Counted from the stretch's first letter, positions 1-16,769 are shown. The stretch is 64,000 nt of DNA from Eledone cirrhosa (GCA_964016885.1 OZ024740.1:159154001-159218000), one strand, 5' to 3'. A program made the numbers and translations. Notes: a model not told the origin generated them from the sequence alone.

Positions 1-300
1 ACTAGTATATTTGTTAAAGGGTGGGTACATTTTGTGAGAATGGTCTCTAAGGCAGGAGCCTATAGGCTGAAAGGAAAGATGAGTGAGGGGTACTTGCCTA
101 CGATTCATTTGGGGATCCTGATGATCTTGGATATTATGAGTTCCTTAAATATCTCTTGGGGAATTCTGTTATTGAATCATGTTTACTTTCTTACCTATCC
201 TATTTTCTGTCTACTAGTTTTATGTAAATCCCCACCGACCATGTTTACTTGTCCGGTACTTAATATTTTCGGCTGAAGTGGCCAAGAAATAAATAATTAT
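1..300 (+). mobile_element. Degenerate 3' end (ORF2 tail and 3' UTR) of an L1/Tx1-type LINE
   Basis: Blocks such as tttgttaaagggtgggt, gaggggtacttgcc and ttggggaatt align by eye with the Tx1 3' end at ~61695-61890. Confidence 0.55.
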
Positions 301-504
301 TATTCGCTCGTTGTACAGCATTTGTTACTGGTGATATAATTCTGGTGCTAGCTGTCACAACCAGTGAACTGGGGTGGTACCTTCAACTGTCAAGCACTTT
401 TCTGAGTATTCTAGCAGTTCCAAGGAGTGTTGTTTTGTGTAAGGACCTTGTGTTTAACATAATTTGTCCCCATGGCTTGCTCCTGTGCTGCACAAATTAA
501 AGCT

Positions 505-775
505 TCTCTCGTCTCTGTTCTATGTAATGACTCTCGAGCTACTACTATACAAACTGGAGACGTTGAGAGGTATCCCACATGAACGAGGATATGGAAGAAC
601 CGTGTCAGCATACGCCGCCTATGTCACTGTTGAGCAGCAAACATTGAATTGATTGGCACCGCTTTCGGGAATACGAAGCGATAACAGGAGCAATAATTAA
701 CCATGGAAAGTCGGTGGGCCGGCGTCTCGGTACCTGGAGAGGTAAGTCGATGCCGTCAATAACGTTATTGACATG
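505..775 (+). pseudogene. Degenerate Tx1-type RT fragment around the YADD motif (now YAAY)
   Basis: Colinear with 60297-60580 (actctcgagc...aaactggagacgttgag...cgtgtcagcata); ORF 464-652 contains LYKLETLRGIPHERGYGRTVSAYA. Confidence 0.75.
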
Positions 776-1136
776 CTGCGCATAGCAGCCGATTGCTAAA
801 GAAACCTTAACAAGTGGAGTGGGGATTACAGAAAAAGATGCAACCTCATCGGTCTTTGTAAGCTTTCCTATTACCTATGGTGGTTAATTTCGCTAAATGT
901 GAGAGCCTTTACGTGCTCACTAGACATAGTAGTAACAGTAGCCACATCTCTCTTAAATTCCACCCCACCATCTTAAACAAGACAGACTATGTAGCAGTAT
1001 TAAGTTCCATTCTTCTATTCTTCTATTCTTCTTCATGAATATAATTATCAAGAAAAACTAATCAGCAATACATATCGCTGTCATTTCTCTTTCGTTGTCT
1101 GTTTTCTTTTTCTCTAGTTTTCTTTTACACTACACA

Positions 1137-1228
<92 letters not shown>
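1137..1228 (+). repeat. (ATCT)n microsatellite
   Basis: Directly visible tetranucleotide array. Confidence 0.97.
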
Positions 1229-1445
1229 CTGGGATGGACACATGTGTTAAACTTGCTCGGTAAGTTTTGTTTAAATTTCTTTAGAAATTCGTCATTGTGA
1301 ACTTTTATTTTTATACCAATTTGTAGAGGGACTGACAGGTCAAATTTTGATCTGGTCAGTCTCCCAAAATATCATGCCTCTCAGGGCAAAAACATCCAGC
1401 ATATTTTCGAAAACTTTTTGCAAAACACTTCGATTAAAAAAAAAA

Positions 1446-3266
1446 ATGGCCGACGCAAAGGCATTTTCTTCCTTGTCAATACAAGAAGATGGGAAGGGAA
1501 AGCCATGCCTACTTGACCAGCAGATAGCAGCACTCAAAATTTAGAAGAGGAACAAGCTTCAGTTGCTTGTAAGCAACTGAACATGCCCGACGCCACAAAC
1601 GTCACATCTATTTACACACAGAAGGAAGAATGTGTAGCAAATACTTACACGGCAACAACAACAACAACAACACAATAAATGAGAACAATAACAATGCAAC
1701 AAAAGGAATCAGCGACAACACAACCAATGAGACCATCATCACCACCACCACCAACAACAATAACAAAATTTCATTTGCAGCAACCGTTGCTAAGCAACAG
1801 GATTTTAAATGTTACCCCATGGACATTTCGCAAAAGTCCCAATATTTGGAAGAACCTTCCAGCTATGTGACGTTTGAGGGAGACACCCCACACATACACA
1901 TACCTCCACAAATAAGAGAGATGACACAGAAAAAGAAACTGATCTACAGAACAGTTGACATTACTACAAAAAAACCCGTAACACTTCCAACAACACTATT
2001 TAGGCTGCATTAAAAAACATCATGCCAGACGTGGCATACCTCCAAAGAGCCAAACAGTATGGAAGTGTGTCAGTGCTCTTTAAGAGCGAAACTCTAGCTC
2101 AAAAACATTCAGTGCACCCAATAAAAACGGGTCAACACATCTTTCCCACATACATGGGTAGAAGATCCTACAAAATAAAAATAACCAGGATCCCAGCAGA
2201 GGTCAAAATATGGTGGATCCTACGCTGCATCCGGAAGAAGGGTAAGGACATCCTCCTATCTGTAGACAGGACAGACAGGAATAACTGGTTTGGAGCCTGC
2301 ATTGAGGTTCTGGTACAAATGAAGCCAGAGAGAGTAGAACAAATCCCAAACAAAATCATCCTCGAAGAAGATGTTATCTCCATTTTAGTGGAGGGGAAAA
2401 TACCCCAGTGCCATAAGTGAGGGAAAACCACACACTTAAAGGTCTTTTGCCCTCTCTTAAACAAACCAAGGACAAACAAGGTGCTACTACCAACACCAAA
2501 CCCCAACATCAACACCCCAAACCAAACACAACACAAACACTTGCAACATCCACTCCCACACCATCACAGACCAGAGACAACCACACACACAACATCCCAT
2601 TGAAAAACCCTCCCTTGCCTCCTCCCCCTCGGTCAAATACTTCCACAAACACTCCACCACACAACATACCCCTCCATCTACCCCTTATTCAGAAGTCTCA
2701 GACACAGGAACCTCTACATCTCCAAGTGAGGATGAAGATGAACCCCCAAAATCCAAAAAACAAAAAAGAGACAAAAACAAAACAAAACCAAAAAGCAAAA
2801 ACATCTACAGAAAACACGCACACACCCCACTACACCATAAACATACCGCCACAAACGACAAACACACCAACAACACAATAACCACCAACACAACCAAACA
2901 CTTCACCAACAAAACAAACACCCACACCACCACAATCACAACCCCAACCACAATAAGAAAACTACAAACAGAAACACTACACATAAAAAACAAAACACAT
3001 TACACATACATAAAAACAACAAACAAAGAACTGGTAGAAACTGTCTGAAAGGACCCCACTATCCAAACGGAAGGGAAAACCTTCCCCACCAACGACCCAC
3101 CCCAAACCTTAAACTAATCAGGGTAACAACCCAACAACATGAAACATTAAAAGGGAACTTCCCACAAGATGTGGGCCCCCTTGCCCAAAACCCCTTAACC
3201 TCCCCAAACACCCCCAATCTGAACATGGAAATCGACCAACCCGACCTCCAGGAAACTAATAGGTAA
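1446..3266 (+). pseudogene. Tx1 ORF1 (gag-like nucleic-acid-binding protein), disrupted
   Basis: ORF pieces 1347-1544, 1630-2013 and 2022-2420. CX2CX4HX4C knuckle reads C-H-K-[TGA]-GKTT-H-LKVF-C at 2409-2450. Pro/Thr/Lys-rich C-terminus. Confidence 0.75.
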
Positions 3267-3306
3267 GTGTTCCTGCCTTTTCTCTCCCTAACTCTTCTTC
3301 ACCAAC

Positions 3307-5180
3307 ATGGCCACTATACAAGTTGGATGTTTGAATGGGCATGCCCTGGAAACAGGGCCAGTTTTTAAATCATCTCAGGTCACATTGAATGATAGCCATC
3401 ACAGAGTCCAGGATTCACGACAAACAGCAGCAAATCCCCATATTCGATGATTTTGAGATCTACGCATCTCTCTGTCAACCAGGAGGTGGAGGGGGAGTTT
3501 CTGTTCTGTTTCGAAAAAACCTGGATCTCAAAGTACAGACGATTCACTTGGACCCGGAGGGCAGCCTGGTGGTCCTGGACATGAATGGTAGTTGAGGTGG
3601 AGCTTTCAGACTGGTGGCCGTATATACCCCGACTGGGACATCACGACCAGAGTTCTTCAATCCTCTGGAGCCATTCCTGGGAACGTCTCGCTCTTTAGTG
3701 TTAGCCGGGGACTGGAATGGCATCTTAGACGCACATTGGGACTACGTAGGAGCTTGTGATGTTAGAGGGGGGAGTAATAGTCTCAAAAATCTCATCAGCC
3801 AATTACAACTGGCTGATAGATATCGACTAGACTTCCCAAGTGCACGACTGTGGACGTGGAGATCGTATTTTGATAGATTTCTAATTAGACAGAATGATAA
3901 GGAAACATTAAGCTGTCCACAAATGCACATGGTTGCCTATTCAGACCACAAATTAGTCACCTGCATAGTAAACCTTGATAGAATACATAGACAGGGACCC
4001 GGATGTTGGAAACTAAACATGTCGCTCCAGGCGCGTAAGACCTACAGTAAACGGATTAGCACCTTAGTTAAGAGTCAGTTGACGGGGGCCATCGTCAACA
4101 ACAGGTGGTGGAGCTCTCTCAAGAGAGTAATTAGAATAGAATCGAGAGCATTTAGCAAGGAAGTAGCTTTAGAAAAGAACAAGACTGAAAAGGAACTGGT
4201 AGCTAAAGTAGAAGAGGCACTTAGGAATGGCAGTACAGCCGACAAGCTAGCGGTGAGAACGGCACTAGACCAGTTCTTCAGCGAAGGTTGTATTGTCAGA
4301 AGTAGAACACGTGCTCTAAGAAACGATGGAGCCAAAGCTGTTAGTTGGGCCTTAGTGGCAGAGGCGAAAAGTGGTAACAAATCCACAATTCGGTCTTTGC
4401 AAGACAAAGATGGACACATTCTACTTGAATCCAAGCAGATGTGCACGGTCTTCCAGCAGTATTTTGCACAACTGTTCGAGCAAAGCGGTACGTCGAGCGA
4501 GGTGATGGACTTCAGTTCCTACCCCGACGGCATACCACGTCTCTCGAGCACGGATGCAGAGAGCTGCGAAAGGCCGATCATAGCGGGCGAAATAGAAGAT
4601 GCCCTAGGCCGCTGTGGGTAACGCAAATCACCCGGTTTAGATGGTCTACCCTATGAGTTTTACATAGGCATGCCGGACTTGTTCTCTGGCGTCCTCGAAG
4701 CGGTCTACTGCAACTGGCAGCAGAACTGGAGGATTCCCAGTTCTGTAGGCAGAGGCGTAGTAATGCTGATCAGCAAAGATGAGAACAAGAGGGATGAGAT
4801 AAGCAATTTCAGGCCCATAACTCTGCTCAACACAGAGTTAAAGATTTTGTCCAAGTTGTTAGCAACGAGGCTGGCACTTGTCGAGAACCTGGAAGGAGAA
4901 GCGCAAATGTATGCAATCTCGACAGGTCCATACACGACTACCTCCACCTCATGCGATACATCATAGAGAGGGTAGGGTGTAAACCTGGCTTCGGTGGAGC
5001 TCTGATCAATTTAGATCAGTCTAAGGCATTTGATAGGGTCGACCATCAATACCTGGAAGCAGTTCTCAAGGCGGCCGGATTCGGTCCCGTCTTCAGAAGC
5101 TGGATCGCTGCCATGCACACCAGCATCTGCTTGGCAGTCAAGGTGAATAGCTACCTATCGGGGCCATTTCAAATCAGAAA
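3307..5180 (+). pseudogene. Tx1 ORF2: APE endonuclease plus N-terminal RT, disrupted
   Basis: APE motifs IAITES, LAGDWN and YSDHK; GPGCWKLN; RT motifs KSPGLDGL, NFRPITLLN and LDQSKAFDRVDH; multiple stops and frameshifts. Confidence 0.92.
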
Positions 5181-6399
5181 GACCACAGTTAAAAAGATAC
5201 TCAATCCGTTACTCAATCCGTTGATAGATTGTAGACATCTTCTAGACTAAAACTATATATATAGCAGGTGTGTCAGAAATGTAAGAGGACTTACTGTATG
5301 AGCTATGAGTAAGGTAAGGATTAGCGGGTTACTTCACCGTGTGCCATAAGATCCAGTCGGTACTTTGTTCCCGGGCCCAAGAGCAACCATGCAACATCCA
5401 TTTTGAGAAAAATCTTTGCTTGCTTCGGGTCCAAAAGGAGGATTGTACCGCCTTGCATAATATCTCTTGGAAGCCCTGGACATACCATTTCATTTGTTCA
5501 TTATTTTTAACATTTAACGTCCTAATTGCATTGCTGTAACCCTCTAAACACGGATTCTACACTTTCCACAATGTTTCAAACAGACTACAATACTCTCTTC
5601 AATCTACATATATTACCGCTCTGGCTGTATACAAGCCTAGTAATTTTTCTGTATGACTGCATGGAAATATGTTCTGGTTGTTTTTGACAAATATTTAGTT
5701 ATGTAATTTGAATTTATAGGTTTGAATTTCAAACTCAAATTTGTCAAGTATTTTGATGCGGAGAATGCTTACTCCCAGTGTGATTTTGTTTGACATTTTT
5801 GCTTTGTTTATAATAACCATTGTTGGATACGAGTGTACATAAACCAGTGTATTTCAAATAACTTCTTTTCTGTGGTGTGTTGATGAAGAGAATATATTCA
5901 TATGTTTGCATACTTGTATCCCTTAGAACCATAATCGTTCTTAATATGTGTATGTATGTTTCTCTATATATACATCATTCTTTGTTTTACTTTTGGTTCG
6001 TATTTTTTAAACTCTTAGTCTCTTGTGATTCTTTCGCTCTTATTACCGATTCTGTTTCACTTGAAGGGTCAACCTAAGACGCTCTTTACATGTTGCAATT
6101 TTATTGAAGTGCATAATTCCTTTTCTGTTTTCTTCAATTATTAGTAATATTTATTATTTTTTTAACTAGAACCCTTTATAGAAAAAATGGTATTTAGCAT
6201 TCATTGTTATCAATATTACTTTAACTGCTGTAATGAAAAAAATAATACTCATCTAGTTTTTTTTCCTATAATATAATTCGTTGCGTCTCATAAATATTTT
6301 GCGTTGATATTGTAATATTTGAGTCGTAATGAAATTTACATAGTCATTCTGGCCTTTCGGGTGTTTTCAATTATTTCTTTGATAAAGCTGATAATATAT

Positions 6400-8758
<2,359 letters not shown>

Positions 8759-9050
8759 TTATTTATTTATATTTATATTTATATTTATATATGTTTGATA
8801 TAACTATAAATATGTAGGGTAGTACTAAGTATTAGCCGGTTACCGGTATGACAAAAGGCTCAATGCAAATTTTCAAGTGTTTTACAGAGCCGAGATACAA
8901 TGTGTTAAAACGATCAAATTATTTGATCGTTTTAACATTTTATATATATATATATATATATAGGAAAATCTTTGACCCCGACGGCAGAGCTCAAGCCGTT
9001 TCGACGGCTATTTCTGGAATTTTTAGCGTGTCCTTACAACACCTACTTCG

Positions 9051-9139
<89 letters not shown>

Positions 9140-9684
9140 TATGTATATATATATTAAGATAACAGATTAAAGTTTAAGAAAAGAATCGCTGCTTTCACCC
9201 TTAACAGGATCTTCTGAAACTAAAAATCCATCTGTGAACGCAGAAGTAAATATTTCGAAAAACTGAAAAAAGACAGGAAGACGATACATTGGTTCGTGGA
9301 GACGTTCCCTGGGAAAGAACGGAAAAAACGAAGATAATACGTCATTATTTGGAGCGTTGAGAACAATTACACGCAAAGACAAAACCACGTTTATGGTATA
9401 AATGAAGCTGTAGACTAATATTTTTAATAAATATATTTGATATATATTTATCCTTATCGATCTCTCTTTGGACTTTAGACTTCAAATCTATTATTATTAC
9501 TATAAAACTCAGATTACATTTATTGTATTCAGCCATGTAGAGCGAAATTCTTTGTATATATATAGTCTAGAGGGTTACATATCGGAGGCATTAATATTTA
9601 GTGGGCGAAAATATAAGCAGAGCGGTTTACAAATGAAAGGAATACAAAGGATAATACATACCGTTAGAACATGTCTATACAAAA

Positions 9685-9725
9685 GCACCTACGTACGTTT
9701 CGCCCGAACAGGGCTTCTCAAGGGC
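9685..9725 (-). ncRNA. Hammerhead ribozyme (U3-A8 core variant), inverted copy
   Basis: Reverse complement of 11295-11335. Confidence 0.7.
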
Positions 9726-10054
9726 ATACAAGTCTAGAGAGTGTTCAGTATAGAACCCAGAAGGGGTTTTAAGAAGATAATCACATTGAAATTCATCCTT
9801 GATTCAAACAAACATAGACTCTTGCCGAGCTTATGGTATGACTTGTACAGGCCGGTACTCAACTCCAGGGTCACGTCTAGGAAGTTGACTATCTGGTGGT
9901 TGAGGTCTATAGTTTCGGGTAGGCAGTATGATTTGAAGAACCTGTGTATGCACTTGTTAAGGATCTCTATCCTGCTGGGGCTATGGTTTTTAACGGTAAA
10001 TAGGGCGCCGTCCCTATTTACCGTTACCTTGTAGGGCCGGGATTAGTCCCTAAG

Positions 10055-10965
10055 ACAACGTAATGTCCTATGGTTCCATCCTCGCTACTCTTGGAGTGTG
10101 GCTTCTAACTTACCTAGGATATTCTTCGAAGCCTTAGAGAAGTACTTCCCACCCAACTATAAGTACAGGAAAATCCTCAATAAGAACAATATTAAAATAT
10201 CCTTCTCCACTACACCTAATCTAGCAGACATAATAGGGATAACTAATTACAGTAAGCTCACCAAAACACGGCACCATAGCGGCGATAGGTCTAGACATGA
10301 CAGCAACTCTAATAGCCTTAACGTTTCCCTAGCAGCACCCGACAGTGTCGGCGCCAGCTCCAACAGACGCAACCGACATAACCGCGGCGAAACTGGGGAG
10401 AATGCTGGTGAACTGTACGGGTCGCGAGGCGGCAACAGAAGGCACAGTGGCGTGCGGAGTAATAATGGTACTACCCCGCGCGCTACAGGATATATTAATA
10501 ATAACTACGGTGATAGTGGCGGTGGCGTGGGTAATAACATAGGTAGTGATAGTAATAGCCTTACTTCGGGCACTATGAGCCACCGTAGCGGCAGCGACCG
10601 CAGCCAACACTGTAACTGTCGAGACCAGGGAAGCTGTAACTAGCCATAATAGCGTCAAGCATTATATAAGGGTCACCTCTGGCTCGTCCAAAACTAGATT
10701 TCAAATGCATCTCCACTCTTTTAGAATCAAGAAGCTAAGATACTCCACATCACGACATTGAAAGACATTAGCTTTTCCACATACTGGGAAATTGTCAGCA
10801 GGGCAACACCGTACAACTTCAAGAGGAAGTGCCAGCTCTGCCACATGGAACTTTACCATATCGTAGGAGCTCCCCAGAGCTCATCAACAGCAGAGCAGAA
10901 TCTGTGATAAACTGCAGACACAGAATACAGCAGTCATTCTATGGTTGGACCCCAGTTGAGACCTG
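10055..10965 (+). pseudogene. PLE RT-thumb, linker and GIY-YIG endonuclease relic
   Basis: ORF 10098-10643 plus downstream frameshifted endonuclease motifs. Confidence 0.8.
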
Positions 10966-11294
10966 AGCACCATAAACTGCGTCCTCCTGCACCAAAATAT
11001 AACGCACCGGCGGGCAGGTCGTATAACTATATATCTGTAAACCAACTATGCCTCTTAGATTCGGCTGGACTAGGCAGCAGTAAAGTGGAACCCATAAAAC
11101 AGTAGTGGAAAACAACCATCATGTGAACGGATAATAAACCATTTAGGGACATTTATTCAAACACCGGTCAGAGTTAATCCCCTTGCTCTGTGACACTAAC
11201 AACCATGTTTGTTTGAATCAAGGATGAACTGCGATGTGATTATATTCTTAAAACCCCTTCTGGGTTCTATACTGAACATTCTCTAGATTTGTAT

Positions 11295-11335
11295 GCCCTT
11301 GAGAAGCCCTGTTCGGGCGAAACGTACGTAGGTGC
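11295..11335 (+). ncRNA. Minimal type I hammerhead ribozyme with U3-A8 covariation
   Basis: GCCC-TTGAGAA-GCCC-tgttc-GGGC-GAAA-CGTACG-TA-GGtGC. Confidence 0.72.
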
Positions 11336-11387
11336 TTTTGAATAAACATGTTCTAACACTATGTATTCTCCTTTGTAATCCTTTCAT

Positions 11388-12177
<790 letters not shown>

Positions 12178-12424
12178 AACGTTTAAATTTTGTGGTTCAC
12201 CACTGGATAGAATTGGTCATTCTGCAATGTTAATCAGGATGTAATAGTCGGAAAGCACTCGACTGTACGCAAAGCATCCATCTTTGATGTTGACTCCGCT
12301 TGGCCTTGCGGGAAGAGAGTTAAGTGTTATATTATAGAGTAAAATGACAGGAGGCCGGACAGGTTGAATTCTTTCAATTATTTATTCCTACAAACACTAT
12401 GTACATATATAATATTATATAATA

Positions 12425-13478
12425 TCTCTTTATATAAAATTCCTTTTCTGTCTGTCTGTCAATCTATCTGTCTGTTCATATGCATTCTCTAACGGCTGGA
12501 TCAAATCAAATCAAATTTTACAAGGTAATAGTATTAGATCCCGGGAGTGTCACCCTGTAATTTTTATTTTCATGTGGATTAAAACAATATAAGATTTTAA
12601 CTAAAATGATATTGTTATAGTCACCTATAGTAAATCACGACGACGACGACGGACATAACATTTTCTATATGAGTGTGTTTGTGCGTTCGTTATGTACGTT
12701 AGACCTCAGAGAATTAAACACACACACATCTATACATACATACACATAATGTGTGTGACTGTATGTGAGAGTGTAGACGTCACATTTTGTATGTGTGTAT
12801 CTGTCTTAGTATATGTATGTGAATGTATGTTAGAGTGTATGTGCGTGTGAGTGTATGTGAGCGTGTATCTGTGTTGACTGACATAACGATATTTCTTTAG
12901 TCAATTATAGTAAACCACCACCAGCACCACGACGAAATCACATTTTGTATATGAGTATACACAGAGACAATTAAACATACACACACATCTACACATAGAG
13001 ATACATTTGGGATGACAGACAGGTATGCGTGAAAATATGTATGTGTGTGTCTATTTTAGTATATGTATGTGAGTGTATGTGAGAGTGTGTGTGAGTGTAT
13101 GTGAGACTGCATGTGTGTGTGTGAGTGTATGCGTGATAACTTTTATTTTCATTTGGATTAAAAAAATAGGACGTCACCTTTTGTATATAAATATGTATGT
13201 GTCTGTGAGTATGTGTGTGTTAGTGCGTTCATTAGGTACGTTATTAAATACACACACATCCTCATGAATTACACAATGAATATTGTTTACACTAAGGTGC
13301 TTCAAGATAGACAGATTTTCATTTCTAAATTCTATTATCATTACAATTTTGATATAAAAAAAAAGAAATATAGATATTTTGAAATAATTATGAGGAAAAA
13401 AACGCATCTTCATATTTATTGTTTACTAATCTGAATAAGAACAGCAGTAACCCGGGAAAGGCCGGATAATTCAGCGTA
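12425..13478 (+). mobile_element. Non-autonomous Helitron
   Basis: 5' end a|TCTCTTTATATAAAA...(CTGT)n...AACGGCTGGA; subterminal hairpin CCGG-gaaagg-CCGG followed by a degenerate CTAG end; internal ~290-bp tandem duplication. Confidence 0.6.
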
Positions 13479-13521
13479 TAATATAATATAATATAATATA
13501 ATATAATATTATATATATATA

Positions 13522-14185
13522 ATTCTAAGGACATGATTTATGATATATTGCTCTGATTATTTAATTTATTAATTCTTCATTGAGCCACATCGTGACCCGT
13601 TGCCACATATATATCTGTGATTTTATGTATATGTAAATCTTTATATTTAATAATCTCCCGTTTGGTTGAGATGCAATTGGGCGATATTGGGCTGCGGTTT
13701 CTAGCAACCAGCCTACTCGCCGTAAGCAACATTCTTTCTAACTTGACCAATGCCACGTCACGATTCTTAGCCATTTTTAAAATCAATTTCTGGCGCGATC
13801 GCTTTGGAAAATTAACTGTCCGATTGCGTTTGTCTCCTGATGAGTTCGTTACTCTAGAGTCATCCTTAATGATAGGATATCTCAAAATACGAACGAAACC
13901 ATGTTAGAGATGTAATTACGGTATGTACACGTTTCTTCTAACTTTAAATTTATACCTAATTGTGTATGGTTGGCGGTGTCTACATGCTGTTGAAATGTTG
14001 GGTAAATACCCTATTGGGGTCAACCGCAAAGAGGCCGCTTTCGGTTATTTATCAAATATTTCTTCATAGGAGCCTTTATTCTTATAGCCTGGTCTAATTG
14101 ATTTTTTATATGGTTAATTATGCTAATTGGGAGAGGAAATGGTATATATTTTATCTAATAATTCTAAGGACATGATTTATGATAT
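13522..14185 (+). mobile_element. ~640-bp non-coding HHR element with terminal direct repeat, in (TA)n
   Basis: attctaaggacatgatttatgatata at 13522 and 14161; HHR at 13832-13911; diverged homologue at 31630-32610. Confidence 0.8.
13832..13911 (+). ncRNA. Type I hammerhead ribozyme with extended stem II
   Basis: GTCTC-CTGATGA-GTTCGT...ACGAAC-GAAA-CCATGT-TA-GAGAT. Confidence 0.78.
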
Positions 14186-14244
14186 ATATATATAATTTAT
14201 GATATATATATATATATATATATATAAGAAAGTAAGTCCATAGA

Positions 14245-14315
<71 letters not shown>

Positions 14316-14320
<5 letters not shown>

Positions 14321-15060
14321 GTCACGCTATCTAACATATGTTAATTACTCTACTGTGCAGCCTATCGATTAATCGATACATCCTTATCGAGTGCTTTGTG
14401 TAAATCTAATTGTATCTCGTTAGCTTGGCTACCACCATAACTTCGATTTTACTAACCTTCCATTTGTATTACTATCTCCGAGATCTAATAATTAATTAAT
14501 TAATTAAATTAGATAATACTATTGATTGATTAATTATTTATGTTTGTTTAATAACGTCTAGTCGAGAGCTTCCTTGTTCGCACTTTGTTCACACTTTGAA
14601 TTTGCCCGCCAAAAAACTCGGGGGTTATTTCCCTTGTTGGGGAAAAAGCAAGTGACAGTGAAACATTTGTAGCGCCTACTGCTACACTTCACAACGGTTT
14701 CAGGCACAGAACGGAAACCTGTTGATAACGTGTGTCCGCGGTTCGGTCTTCAAATACCACAAACTTGCATATTGTGCAAGTAGGATTGTTGATTTCGGTT
14801 TCATAGAAACCTATCTGAGGTATTGCATAATACCCTTCGAATCGGTCCAGGTTTGTTATCTAACCTGATTGTACTGTCGTTGCTATGGTGTAATATATGG
14901 CTAGGCTCCCTTGCCACAGTTTTTAATTTGACACGCTATCTAACGTATGTTAATTATTTTAAGGTGCAGCCTATCTATTCATCGATACATACTTATCGAG
15001 TGCTTTGTGCAAACCTAATCGTATCTCGTTAGCTTGGCCACCGCCATAACTTCGATTTTA
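14316..15060 (+). mobile_element. ~610-bp non-coding partial-tandem element in (TA)n, with a degenerate HHR at ~14806-14854
   Basis: A ~135-bp direct repeat at 14316-14452 and 14925-15060; HHR-like AAACCT..CTGA-GGTATT-gcat-AATACC..GAA-tcgg-TC-cAGGTTT with a damaged core. Confidence 0.6.
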
Positions 15061-15916
15061 TATATATATATATATATATATATTAATTAAATACTGGGCC
15101 ATAGGCTGAAATAGACTCTATAGTAGTTCCCTATCTTGCCTACAGTCTGATAGCTATAGTTGATTCGTGATCATAATAAAGGGCGACCAACCACTAGAAT
15201 TAAATATACACTAACAATTTTTGACATCATATTTCCCGTTTAATAGATCAGTTATAGACATCAGCAGAACTATAAACGAAAAAATAAAGTTTACCAGAAA
15301 AACTAAGTAGTTCAAATACTTGCCTATTCTAATGTCTATGAAATAATAAATCCTCGACTTACTAAACCGGCTGCAAATGCAATTCCAGAAATGAAACACA
15401 TCGTCCATTTTCGTCTAAAGGCATAGAAATACATAGCATACCAATGCGAAATAAAAGCTGAAAACTCACGTTAAGACTTCCTTCAAACCCGTACAAAATG
15501 TGTTACAGTAAACATACTAATATATTCCGTAACCTTAACACAAGTAAAAGCGCTTCATCATCTACTCATATAGAGGCTTAGAAAAGTAGACATGTACCAT
15601 ATATAAAATGGAGCATCATAATAGAGTTATATATATTAATATTCATATAAATACGAACTAGAATTTACAAATGCTCTTAATCAATCGAGAGGAAGTGTAG
15701 CATTTCTACATAAAATATACATAAATGTTTCATCTTTACAGTAAATTATTAACGAAGAAAATATCCAGATATAATTTTGACAAATATTTCTTTAGAAAAT
15801 TAATAGCACACGCAGACCATAAACACACATACAGCCACTCATATATTCTTAATATTCCCGCATAAATGACTTGTATTAAGCAACCTTAATATACCAGGTG
15901 TTTTATATATATATAT

Positions 15917-16648
15917 TTATATATAATTTTTTTCTCGATTTATGTCCTCGATAATTGAATGGTTAGCCTTTTTATAGGTGGAGTTTAGGCTGCTCCTGAT
16001 CAGTGTGTGGTATCTGTCAGGGTTGACGAAGTAGAGGTTTCTAGTTTTGTCCGAGTGCACCATGATGTCGCTGGTGTTTTCATACTCTGTTATTTTGCTA
16101 CGGAGTTGTTGTAGGAATCTGATGTGTCTGGGTTTGAATTTAATGCTCTTGACCAGGTGGAAAAGGTCGTTCTCGAAGGGTGAGAGCATAGGGTTCGGAG
16201 GGGGAGATTTGTAGGTATTGAATCCGAATCTCTCCTTGGTGTCGAAGTCCTGATTGTCGCGGTATCTATCGTAGAAAAAAGTTCTCCATCTTAGACTTTT
16301 CGCAAAAAGGTCGATTTTTTGCGTGAGCATCCGAAGGTAAAGTTTTCTCGGTGGAACTGGGATGTTCTTGGTGGAGAAGTCGATGTTGTGTTTTCGCATC
16401 GTGCAGGTGAAGAAACTTGAGCTGGGTGGAAAAGTCCGGATATGTGGTAGCGTCGGAAAGTGCTCTACTACAGAGATAGGAGCTAAATAACAAAGGAATT
16501 GTGGTAAGGAACCAGATGGACCATAACGCACCAGAGTACTCAATACTTAGGGTAGTAGAGTGGGAAATTTACCACTCTACTACCCTAAGTATTGAGTACT
16601 CTGGTGCGTTATAGTCCATCTGGTTCCTTACCACAATTCCTTTGTTAT
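15917..16648 (-). pseudogene. 5' portion of a Penelope-like element ORF (same type as 9631-11389), with an inverted 5'-UTR duplication
   Basis: FSTKNIPVP...SLRWRTFF...FGFNTYKSPP...FENDLFHLVKSIKF...HSDKTRNLY (DKG-type motif); 16570-16648 is an inverted copy of 16485-16563. Confidence 0.85.
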
Positions 16649-16707
16649 ATATATATATATTAAAAAATAACAGGAGGTAAGTTCTGGTGTAAATCCTTGA
16701 AAGGTTT

Positions 16708-16769
16708 ATTATACTATGATCATTTCAATGACAGGGTTCAGTATGAAACCGGTGACATCATCAGGTAAT
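16708..16769 (-). ncRNA. Type I hammerhead ribozyme
   Basis: TAC-CTGATGA-T-(13-bp imperfect stem)-T-GAAA-TGATCA-TA-GTA, followed by AATAAA. Confidence 0.6.

Larger units (their letters stand above)
1400..5180 (+). mobile_element. L1/Tx1-type non-LTR retrotransposon with ORF1 and ORF2, 3'-truncated and decayed
   Basis: ORF1 with a CCHC knuckle, followed by APE endonuclease and RT motifs; homologous to the copy at 58845-61940. Confidence 0.9.

Noticed and set aside
2409-2450. In-frame TGA at a Cys position of the Tx1 ORF1 zinc knuckle, as possible selenocysteine
   Set aside because: The element has many other stops and frameshifts and I see no SECIS; a single TGY->TGA mutation is sufficient.
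3261-3270. Perfect splice donor AG|GTAAGT at the Tx1 ORF1 stop
   Set aside because: I see no acceptor AG before the ORF2 ATG, and this is a single copy, so it may be chance.
5250-6100. Possible host exon or transposase relic
   Set aside because: No recognisable motif in any frame examined.
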